A DNA stretch of 64,000 nucleotides from Alphaproteobacteria bacterium. GTDB taxonomy: Bacteria; Pseudomonadota; Alphaproteobacteria; SP197. The notes under the pieces were generated by a model. That model was not told the origin of the DNA. It saw only the letters and a program-made list of their open reading frames with translations, and made no database searches. Where the stretch lies: positions 1,754 through 65,753 of the forward strand of contig OZ241369.1 of assembly GCA_965200215.1 (NCBI GenBank). The letters are read 5' to 3'. Positions within the stretch are counted from its first letter, which is position 1, and every line of letters starts with the position of its first letter. A program made the position numbers and the translations under genes. Positions 56,512 to 64,000 of the stretch are shown piece after piece.

Positions 56512-56769
56512 TCACAAAGTGCCGTTTCTCCCGATCCACTCCCGAAGCGCCTCGTCGATCCGCGTCTGCCAGCCGTGACCTCCGGCCTTGAAGTGATCGA
56601 TCACGTCCCGCGACAGGCGGATCGTCGTCGATACCTTCGGTTTGGCGACCGGCGGCCGGCCGCGCCGAACAGCCGTCTTGGCGAACTTTTCCGGCCAACC
56701 GTCTTCGGAAAGGTCAGGTGCGGTGTCCCGATCGAAATCTCGGGCCATAGAGCGGTCGTTCCCGTTCAT
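56512..56769 (-). CDS. brnA: BrnA-family antitoxin (copy 2; 1 aa different from copy 1).
   Basis: Same sequence as 53343..53600 apart from E5D. Confidence 0.75.
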   Translation of the reverse strand: MNGNDRSMARDFDRDTAPDLSEDGWPEKFAKTAVRRGRPPVAKPKVSTTIRLSRDVIDHFKAGGHGWQTRIDEALREWIGRNGTL

Positions 56770-57002
56770 TGGCTTTCCTCATGCTGATGATCCGATGCGC
56801 GCCGTCGCGCGGTGTCCAGACCAGGACCACCATCGCGCCGTCGAGAAACCCCACGGTGATGAGGCGGTCCTCAACCATAGTCCCGCCGGTCGTCCTCGAT
56901 GGTCAGCGTGGCACCCGCGAACACCTCCCCAGCCCGGGCCATATCCAGCCCCCTGACCCTGAGCGTGGCCGCGCGCTTCGCCGCGTCAAACTCAATCGGC
57001 AT
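56714..57002 (-). pseudogene. brnT: BrnT-family toxin gene with the same +1 frameshift (copy 2).
   Basis: Identical TATGGTTGAGGACCGC junction to copy 1; N-terminal 43-aa ORF then the BrnT C-terminus in the +1 frame. Confidence 0.6.
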
Positions 57003-57089
57003 GATTAATGTTACAACACTAAATCTGCTTGTCCAAGAGATTCCTCATTCCCCGGCTAAGGCCGGAAAGTCAGGGCTTCCTGGGTAGTG

Positions 57090-57265
57090 CCTCGGTTTGA
57101 AGATGGGCAGGCGCCATTCACCGCCATCCCCAGGCGCCCCCCTGGGAGCGTCGGCGTCCCGCCGGCAAACGGGCCGCAAGGCCCGCCAACGCACCACACG
57201 CCCACCGCCAGGCACCATCCCCACCCCCGCTCCCACCGACCACTGGCCACTAACCACTATCCACC
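57090..57265 (+). repeat. Full-length dispersed repeat (head hairpin + core + tail), + orientation; right boundary of BrnTA cassette copy 2.
   Basis: CGGTTTGAAGATGGGCAGGCGCCATTCACCGCCATCCCCAGGCGCCCCCCTGGGAGCGTCGGCGTCCCGCCGGCAAACGGGCCGCAAGGCCCGCCAACGCACCACACGCCCACCGCCAGGCACCATCCCCACCCCCGCTCCCACCGACCACTGGCCACTAACCACTATCC. Confidence 0.85.
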
Positions 57266-57294
57266 CAGCGCGCGCCCCGCCCGGCGACCGCCCG

Positions 57295-58044
57295 TCAGGG
57301 GAAGACGACCCGCGCCAGCACGGCGACATCGACCCGCGCCGCGCCTGCCCGCCTGAGCGCCGCGGTGCAGGCTCCGACCGTAGCGCCGGTGGTCATCACG
57401 TCGTCGATCAGCAGCACGCGGCGGTCTTCGACGGCGGCGGCGCGGCGGCCCCGCACGGCGATGGCGCCGCGCAGATTGGCGATCCGCTGGTGCCGGTCCA
57501 GCCCGCCCTGGGAGGACGTGGCCCGGCGGCGGACCAGCAGGTCGGGCATGGCGGGGCGGCTGGCGCGGCGCGCCAGGGCATTGGCCAGCAGGGCCGACTG
57601 GTTGAACCGCCGCCACCACAGCCGCCGCCAGTGCAGCGGCACCGGGCAGACGATCTCCGCCTCGGCCAGCGCCTCCGCGCTCACCAACTCCAGCCAGCGG
57701 ACGAAGACGTCGAGATGGTGCAGGCGGTCGCCGCGCTTGAAGCCGACCAGCAGCTGCGCGATGGTGTTGTTGTAGCGCAGCGCGGCGCGGGCGCGATCGA
57801 AGGCCGGCGGTTGGGCGGCGCAGCCGGCGCATATCGCCTTCGGCCCGTGGTCCAGACGGAAGGGCAGGCCGCAGCGCGCGCATTGGGGCGCAGAGATGAA
57901 GTCCAGACCCGACCAGCAGGTCCCGCACAGCGCGCCCTGCAGGTGGACGATTTCGCCGCAGGCGAGGCAGCGCGGCGGCAGCGCGGTATCGACGGCGCGC
58001 CTGCCGGCCCGCTTCAGGAAGGCGAGCGAATGCATAGGCGCCAT
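57295..58044 (-). CDS. comF: ComF-family phosphoribosyltransferase (double zinc ribbon + PRT domain).
   Basis: CLACGEIVHLQGALCGTCWSGL...CARCGLPF (two zinc ribbons) and the PRPP-binding VLLIDDVMTTGATV. Confidence 0.8.
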   Translation of the reverse strand: MAPMHSLAFLKRAGRRAVDTALPPRCLACGEIVHLQGALCGTCWSGLDFISAPQCARCGLPFRLDHGPKAICAGCAAQPPAFDRARAALRYNNTIAQLLVGFKRGDRLHHLDVFVRWLELVSAEALAEAEIVCPVPLHWRRLWWRRFNQSALLANALARRASRPAMPDLLVRRRATSSQGGLDRHQRIANLRGAIAVRGRRAAAVEDRRVLLIDDVMTTGATVGACTAALRRAGAARVDVAVLARVVFP

Positions 58045-58170
58045 CGGGCACCGTGCCGCTGGCGCGGTCAACCGCCCCGCGCGGAGGCATCCAGCACCGG
58101 CGCGCCCGCCTGCGAGGCGCCAGGTCCGCGCGCTTCCCCCCGCCGCCGGCGGGGAGCGCGAACCGGCGCC

Positions 58171-59043
58171 ATGAGCGACGCCGCCCCCTTCGACCGCCGC
58201 GCGCTGGACCTGCACCGGCAGCGGGCGCTGCACCTGGCCGGCGACGACCTCCTCTTCCGCGAGGTCGGTGCCAGGCTGGCGGAGCGGCTGGACGACATCG
58301 CCCGCCGCTTTCCCCTGGCGCTGGAACTGGGCGCGCGGCGCGGCATCCTGCGCCCGCTGCTGGAGGGCCGCGCCGGCATCCGCACGCTGATCCAGGCCGA
58401 GGCCTCGCCCGCCTTCGCCCGCCTCCTGGCCCCGCCCCGCCTGGTCGCCGACGAAGAGCGTCTGCCGCTGGCGCCCGCCTCCCTCGACCTGGTGGCGAGC
58501 AATCTCGCCCTCCACTGGGTCAACGATCTGCCGGGGGCGCTGCTGGCCGTCCGCCGCGCCCTGCGCCCCGACGGCCTCTTCCTCGCCTCGCTTCTGGGCG
58601 GCGACACGCTGGCGGAGCTGCGCGGCGTCCTCGCCGAGGCCGAGTTCGCCGCCACCGGCGGCCTCGCCCCCCGCCTCTCGCCCATGGTCGATATCCGCGC
58701 CGCCGGCGGGCTGCTGCAGCGCGCCGGCTTCGCGCTGCCGGTGGTCGATGTCGACCGCCTGGAGCTGCGCTATCCCGATGCGCTGGCGCTGATGCGCGAA
58801 CTGCGGGCCATGGGCGAGACCAACGCCCTGGCCCTGCGCCCCAGGGGCTTCGCCCGCCGCGACGTGCTTCTGGGCGCGGCGGCGCTCTACGCGCAGCGCC
58901 ACGGCGACGGCGAAGGCCGCATCGCGGCCCGCTTCGAGGTCGTCTATCTGGCCGGCTGGGCGCCCCACCGGTCGCAGCAGCGGCCGCTCGCCCCCGGCAG
59001 CGCCCGGGCGAGTCTGGCCGAGGCCCTGGGCGGCGATGCCTGA
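58171..59043 (+). CDS. SAM-dependent methyltransferase (type 11 methyltransferase domain).
   Basis: ALELGARRGILRPLL...LDLVASNLALHWVNDLPGALLAVRRALRPDGLFLAS. Divergent from comF. Confidence 0.75.
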   Translation: MSDAAPFDRRALDLHRQRALHLAGDDLLFREVGARLAERLDDIARRFPLALELGARRGILRPLLEGRAGIRTLIQAEASPAFARLLAPPRLVADEERLPLAPASLDLVASNLALHWVNDLPGALLAVRRALRPDGLFLASLLGGDTLAELRGVLAEAEFAATGGLAPRLSPMVDIRAAGGLLQRAGFALPVVDVDRLELRYPDALALMRELRAMGETNALALRPRGFARRDVLLGAAALYAQRHGDGEGRIAARFEVVYLAGWAPHRSQQRPLAPGSARASLAEALGGDA

Positions 59044-60232
59044 GCGGCCCCCGGCAGGCGCGCCGGCGGCCCGCCGCCCGCCGCTATGGGTGCTGATCCT
59101 GGCGACGGCGCTCGCCCCTTTCGCCATGCAGGCGCAGGTGCCGGCCATGCCCGGCATGGCGCGCGAGTTCGGCACCGATTTCGGCACGATGCAGCTTTCC
59201 CTGGGCGCCTATCTGCTGGGTATGGCGGTAGGCCAGCTGTTCTACGGGCCGCTTTCCGACCGCTTCGGCCGCCGCCTCATGCTGCTGGCGGGAATGGCGG
59301 TGTTCCTGGCCGGCACCCTCGTCTGCCTCGCCGCCTGGGACGTGATGCCGCTGGCGGTCGGGCGCGCCTGCCAGGCGCTGGGGGGCTGTTCCGGCGTGGT
59401 GCTCTCGCGCGCCATCGTGCGCGACCTCTTCGAGCGCGAGCGGGCGGCGCAGATGATCGCCTACATCACCGCCGGCATGATCCTGGCGCCGACCGTGGCG
59501 CCCCTGGTGAGCGGCCATCTCTACCAGTGGTTCGGCTGGCGGTCGGTGTTCTGGCTGGTGCTGGCCTTCGGCGCGGTCGCCGTCTGGACCTGCTTCGCCC
59601 TGCTCCACGAGACCCATGTCGAGCGCGCGCGCCAGGAGGGCTTCCGCCAGCTGTGGCGCGGCTGCGGCGCGCTGCTGCGCCAGCGCCGCTTCTGCGGCTA
59701 TGCCTTCCAGGTCGCCTTCACGACCGCGTCCTTCTACAGCTTCCTGGGCAGCGCTTCGCTGGTGGCGATCGACATCTTCGGCCGCTCCGCCTCCGGTTAC
59801 GGCTGGTGGTTCGTGCTGATCTCCGGGTGCTACATGGCGGGCAACATCGTCTCCGCCAGGATCGGCGCCAGGATCGGCTCCGACCGCATGATCGCCATCG
59901 GCACCGGCTTTTCGATGGCCATGGCCGCCCTGCTGCTCGCCGTGCTGCTCGCGGGCGGCCTCGACGTGGCCGGCTTCTTTCTGCTGGCCGGCGCCATGTC
60001 GATAGGCCACGGCTTCAGCATGCCCAACGGCTTCGCCGGCACCGTCAGCGTCGACCCCCGCCGGGCGGGGACGGCCTCGGGCCTGGCCGGCGCCCTGCAG
60101 ATGACCATCGGCGCAGCGGCGATGACGGCGGTGGGCCAGACGCTGGCGGATTCGCCTCTGCCGGTCGTCCTCGCCATGCTGGCGATGGCGGTGCTGGCGT
60201 GGCTCGCCCACTTGCACGGGGTCGGGCGTTGA
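59036..60232 (+). CDS. MFS transporter, Bcr/CflA drug-resistance subfamily.
   Basis: 12 TM helices; GPLSDRFGRRLMLLAG motif A; overlaps the upstream stop. Confidence 0.88.
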   Translation: MPERPPAGAPAARRPPLWVLILATALAPFAMQAQVPAMPGMAREFGTDFGTMQLSLGAYLLGMAVGQLFYGPLSDRFGRRLMLLAGMAVFLAGTLVCLAAWDVMPLAVGRACQALGGCSGVVLSRAIVRDLFERERAAQMIAYITAGMILAPTVAPLVSGHLYQWFGWRSVFWLVLAFGAVAVWTCFALLHETHVERARQEGFRQLWRGCGALLRQRRFCGYAFQVAFTTASFYSFLGSASLVAIDIFGRSASGYGWWFVLISGCYMAGNIVSARIGARIGSDRMIAIGTGFSMAMAALLLAVLLAGGLDVAGFFLLAGAMSIGHGFSMPNGFAGTVSVDPRRAGTASGLAGALQMTIGAAAMTAVGQTLADSPLPVVLAMLAMAVLAWLAHLHGVGR

Positions 60233-60266
60233 GTAGGGTGCGGCGGCGCAGCGGCGGAGGCGGGCG

Positions 60267-61232
60267 ATGAAAGCGGTCATGTGCCGGCAGCTGGGGGGAA
60301 CGCTGGCCGTCGAGGAGGTGGCCGATCCGGTGCCCGCCGCCGGCGAGATCGCCATCCGCGTCGAGGCCTGCGGCGTCAACTTCGCCGACACGCTGATCGT
60401 TCGGGGCCAGTATCAGGTCAAGCCGGAACTGCCGTTCATCCCCGGCATGGAGGTGGCGGGGCGGGTGGCGGCCGTCGGCCCCGGCGTGGAAGGCCATGGT
60501 GTCGGCGATGCCGTGATCGGCCTGGTGGGGACCGGCGGCTTCGCCGAGCTGGTCGTCTGCCCGGCGGCCAGGGCCATCCCCCGCCCGGCGGGCGTGGCCA
60601 GCGAGGTGGCGGCGGCCATCCCCGTCGCCTACGGCACCGCCCATGTCGCCCTGGAGCATCGCGCCGCCCTGCGCCCGGGCGAGACCCTGCTGGTCCACGG
60701 CGCCTCGGGCGGTGTCGGCCTGGCGGCGGTGGAGACGGGCAAGGCCATGGGCGCGACGGTGATCGCCACGGCGAGCAGCGCCGAAAAGCTCGCCATCGCC
60801 CGCGAGCACGGCGCCGACCATCTCGTCGACTATGCCCGGGGGCCGTTTCGCGAGCGGGTCAAGGAGATCGCCGGCGGCGGCGCCGACGTCATCTTCGATC
60901 CCGTGGGCGGCGACGTCTTCGATCAGTCCCTGCGCTGCATCGCCTGGGGCGGGCGGCTGCTGACGGTGGGCTTCGCCGCCGGGCGCATCCCCCAGGCGCC
61001 GGCCAACATCCTGCTGGTCAAGAACATCTCGGTGGTGGGCATCCACTGGTCGAGCTATCGCGGGCGGGCCGACGGTGTGCTGGCCGCCTCCTTCGCCCGC
61101 CTGTTCGCCTGGCTGCGGGAAGGGCGCATCCGCCCCCTGGTCTCGCGCGGCTACCCCCTGCGCGAGACGCCGGCCGCGCTGGCGGCGCTGGCGGGGCGCC
61201 GTGCGCAGGGCAAGATCGTCGTTCTGCCCTGA
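60267..61232 (+). CDS. NADPH:quinone oxidoreductase (zinc-independent MDR family).
   Basis: Rossmann motif HGASGGVGLAAVE; MDR fold. Confidence 0.9.
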   Translation: MKAVMCRQLGGTLAVEEVADPVPAAGEIAIRVEACGVNFADTLIVRGQYQVKPELPFIPGMEVAGRVAAVGPGVEGHGVGDAVIGLVGTGGFAELVVCPAARAIPRPAGVASEVAAAIPVAYGTAHVALEHRAALRPGETLLVHGASGGVGLAAVETGKAMGATVIATASSAEKLAIAREHGADHLVDYARGPFRERVKEIAGGGADVIFDPVGGDVFDQSLRCIAWGGRLLTVGFAAGRIPQAPANILLVKNISVVGIHWSSYRGRADGVLAASFARLFAWLREGRIRPLVSRGYPLRETPAALAALAGRRAQGKIVVLP

Positions 61233-61251
61233 ACGCCTTCAGGGGGCGCTT

Positions 61252-63528
61252 TCAGGACCGGCGCCGCCCCACCTCCAGCCTGACCAGGAAGATCAGCAGC
61301 AGCACCGCGCCCAGCGCGAAGACGATGTCGCCCGGCACCCGCAGCCACACCAGGGTTTCCATCGTCGGCGAGTGCATGAGCTCCGGCGCCCGGGCGTGCC
61401 AGTAGCCGCGGTCGAACGACACCAGCGCCTGCACGATGCCCTGCGGCAGCAGCGAGCCGAACACCATCAGCGCCAGCCCGCCGTTGAAGAGCCAGAACAC
61501 CCACACCAGCATGCGGTCGGACCACGCGCCGGCGGCCTGCGGCAGATCGCGGCGGCACAGCAGCATCAGGCCGATCCCCAGCATCCCATAGACGCCGAAC
61601 AGCGCCGCATGGCCGTGGGTGGGCGTCGTCAGCAGGCCCTGCAGATAGTAGAGCGCCAGCGGCGGGTTGATGAGGAAGCCCAGCACGCCGGCGCCCACCA
61701 GGTTCCAGAAGGCCACCGCCAGGAAGAACATCAGCGGCAGATGGTAGCGCCGCACCCAGGGCGCCTGCCGTTCGGCGCGCCAGTGGTCGTGCGCCTCGAA
61801 GGCGATCAGCGCCAGCGGCACCACTTCGAGCGCCGAGAACACCGCGCCCAGCGCCAGCACCGATTCCGGCGTGCCGGCGAAATAGAGGTGATGGAAGGTG
61901 CCCAGCACGCCGCCGCCCAGGAAGATCATGGCCGAGAACATGACATAGATCGCCGCCGTGGAGGGCCGCAGCAGCCGCATATGCACGAACACCCACGCCA
62001 CCCAGGCGGTGGCGAACACCTCGAAGACGCCTTCCACCCACAGATGCACCACCCACCAGCGCCAGTATTCGGCGACGGTGAGATGGCTGTCGCGCCCGTA
62101 GAGGAAGCCGGCGCCGAACAGCAGGCCGATGCCGGCCGAAGACAGCAGCAACAGCAGCAGCAGGTGCCTGTCGGCGCCCGCCCGGCGGATGGCCGGCAGC
62201 AGGCAGCGCATCATCAGGGCCAGCCAGATCAGCAGGCCGGCGAAGATCAGCATCTGCCAGAAACGGCCCATGTCGAGGAACTCGTAGCCCTGATGGCCGA
62301 ACCAGTAGACCAGGTCGGCATCCCGCAGGCGCCCGGTCAGGGTGAGCCACTCGCCCGCCAGCGATCCCAGAACGGCCACCACCAGCGCTACCCACAGCGC
62401 GTTCACGCCCAGCCGCTGCCAGGGCGGCTCGAAGCCGGCGATCATGGGCGCCAGATAGAGTCCGGCGCCCAGCCAGGCGGTGGCGATCCACAACACGGCG
62501 AGCTGCACGTGCCAGGTGCGGGTGAGCGCATAGGGGGCGATGTCGGCGAGCGGAATGCCGTAGAAGTCGTGGCCTTCCACGGCGTAATGGGCGGTGATCG
62601 CCCCCAGCGCGATCTGCAGGGCCATCAGGGCGGCGACGATCCAGACGTATTTCACCACCGCCCGCATGGAGTCGGTGGGTGCCGCGATCGGATTCTCCGC
62701 CGGGTATCCGGCCTCGGGCTCGCTGTCGCGCTGCCACTCGTCGCGCTCGCGCAGGAAGAACCAGCACAGCGCGCCGGCACCGGCGATCAGCAGCACGACC
62801 GAGACGAACGTCCAGATGAAGGCGGAGCTCGAAGGCCGGTTGCCGACCAGGGGCTCGTGCGGCCAGTTGCTGGTGTAGGTGACGTCGTCGCCGGGGCGCA
62901 GGGTGACGGCCGACCAGGCCGTCCACCACCACCACGCCACCAGGGTGCGGATGTCCTCGTCGGCATCGGCGCCCAGGGGGTCGTTGGGGATGGCGAAGGC
63001 CTCGCGCAGGGCTTCGGCCTCGGGGCCGTCGCCGCTGCCGCCGAAGAGCGCCGTGTAGTGGCCGATCAGGGACCGGATGGCGCTGGCCCTCTGCGGCGAG
63101 ATGACGATGCGCCCGCTCTCCTCGTCATAGGTGTTGACGCGCAGCTCGGCCGCCAGCGCCGCGATGCGCGCCGCCCGCTCCGGTTCCTCCAGGGCGTCGA
63201 TGTCCCCCTCCAAATTCAGCATACCAAGCGCTTCTTGATGGAGAACATCGGCCGTCCAGTCGGGAGCAAGATAACTCCCATGCCCCCAGACCGAGCCCAG
63301 CTGCATGCCGCCCAGGCGCCGCCACACGTCGCGCCCGGCGTGAATGTCGTCGCTGGTGAACAGCACCGTCGTCGCCTCGCCGTCGACGACCACGACCTCG
63401 TCCGGCAGGGGCGGGGCCATCTGGAAGGCGCGCCCGCCGACCGCCAGCAGGATGGCGAACATCGCCACCAGCAGCACGGCGAACATCGCCCACAGCCGGG
63501 GAAGGGTGAAGGTTTCGCGGTAGTTCAT
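61252..63528 (-). CDS. norB: Quinol-dependent nitric oxide reductase large subunit (qNOR; heme-copper oxidase superfamily).
   Basis: About 758 aa: an N-terminal TM helix plus periplasmic extension, then 12-TM helices of the heme-copper oxidase type with conserved His ligands (HHLYF, HGHAALFGVYG). Confidence 0.88.
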   Translation of the reverse strand: MNYRETFTLPRLWAMFAVLLVAMFAILLAVGGRAFQMAPPLPDEVVVVDGEATTVLFTSDDIHAGRDVWRRLGGMQLGSVWGHGSYLAPDWTADVLHQEALGMLNLEGDIDALEEPERAARIAALAAELRVNTYDEESGRIVISPQRASAIRSLIGHYTALFGGSGDGPEAEALREAFAIPNDPLGADADEDIRTLVAWWWWTAWSAVTLRPGDDVTYTSNWPHEPLVGNRPSSSAFIWTFVSVVLLIAGAGALCWFFLRERDEWQRDSEPEAGYPAENPIAAPTDSMRAVVKYVWIVAALMALQIALGAITAHYAVEGHDFYGIPLADIAPYALTRTWHVQLAVLWIATAWLGAGLYLAPMIAGFEPPWQRLGVNALWVALVVAVLGSLAGEWLTLTGRLRDADLVYWFGHQGYEFLDMGRFWQMLIFAGLLIWLALMMRCLLPAIRRAGADRHLLLLLLLSSAGIGLLFGAGFLYGRDSHLTVAEYWRWWVVHLWVEGVFEVFATAWVAWVFVHMRLLRPSTAAIYVMFSAMIFLGGGVLGTFHHLYFAGTPESVLALGAVFSALEVVPLALIAFEAHDHWRAERQAPWVRRYHLPLMFFLAVAFWNLVGAGVLGFLINPPLALYYLQGLLTTPTHGHAALFGVYGMLGIGLMLLCRRDLPQAAGAWSDRMLVWVFWLFNGGLALMVFGSLLPQGIVQALVSFDRGYWHARAPELMHSPTMETLVWLRVPGDIVFALGAVLLLIFLVRLEVGRRRS

Positions 63529-63607
63529 GGCCTCCTCCACCGCTGCGCCGGGCACCGTCGGCGCGCCGTGCATGGCAGGGGCAGGCTAGGCCCCGCCCGC
63601 TTCCCCT

Positions 63608-64000
63608 TCAAGGGGAGGGATGTCGCTGCAGCCGTTCGGCGAGCGGGCGGATATAGGCCAGTTCCGTATCCCAGGGGAAGTGGATCCAGGTGTCCTGGCT
63701 CACCTCGGTGAGATAGTGGTCCACCAGCGGGCATCCTTCGGGTTTGGCGTAGACGGTGGCGAAGAAGGCCTTGGGCAGCATTTCGCGCACGATGCGGGCG
63801 GTGCGTCCCGTGTCCACCAGGTCGTCCACCAGCAGCGCGTCGGCGCCGTCGCCCGCCACCTCCTTCAGCACGGTGACCTCGCCCTGGCGCATATGGTCGT
63901 AGGAGGCGGTGCATATCGTATCGATCAGCCGGATGCCGAGTTCGCGGGCGACGATGGTGGCCGGCACCATGCCGCCGCGGGCGATGGCGACGACGCGCTT
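63608..64000 (-). CDS. gpt: Xanthine-guanine phosphoribosyltransferase, N-terminus beyond the window edge (partial).
   Basis: [29 protein letters not shown]...[34 protein letters not shown] matches the Gpt PRPP-binding region. Confidence 0.85.
   Translation of the reverse strand, partial: KRVVAIARGGMVPATIVARELGIRLIDTICTASYDHMRQGEVTVLKEVAGDGADALLVDDLVDTGRTARIVREMLPKAFFATVYAKPEGCPLVDHYLTEVSQDTWIHFPWDTELAYIRPLAERLQRHPSP

Noticed and set aside
61075-63711. 878-aa + ORF
   Set aside because: It is antisense to the well-supported qNOR gene; low-complexity Arg/Gln/His/Pro composition.

Overview
This window is about 70% GC and looks like it comes from an Alphaproteobacteria-like chromosome (inference from gene content and synteny). 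Two things dominate it. First, conserved housekeeping blocks: ffs–dnaX–ybaB–recR; rmuC/def–fmt–truA/dapD; argB–engB–yidC–yidD–rnpA–rpmH; fumC; iron ABC transporter genes; qNOR/gpt. Second, a very abundant intergenic repeat family, all copies in the same orientation. The accessory content is: a roughly 10 kb giant autotransporter adhesin built from about 25 Calx-beta-like repeats; a 14 kb glycosylation island (a polytopic membrane protein, a GT2 polyprenyl-phosphate-mannose-synthase-like gene, four tandem mosaic GT22 'HPDE-motif' mannosyltransferase paralogs and two tandem GT-C-like paralogs); a 1.2 kb low-GC islet carrying a Panacea-domain (PanA-like) gene plus a small membrane protein, bracketed by a duplicated gene 3' end; two direct copies of a BrnT/BrnA cassette that share the same frameshift in brnT; an IS5-family (IS427-group) insertion sequence; recurrent small membrane-anchored coiled-coil proteins (DUF1640-like and an 'LRERMARIEG' family); frameshifted GST and ankyrin-repeat genes; and homopolymer tracts (G18, C15, C7). 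All coordinates come from manual reading, so boundaries of repeats and some start codons are approximate.
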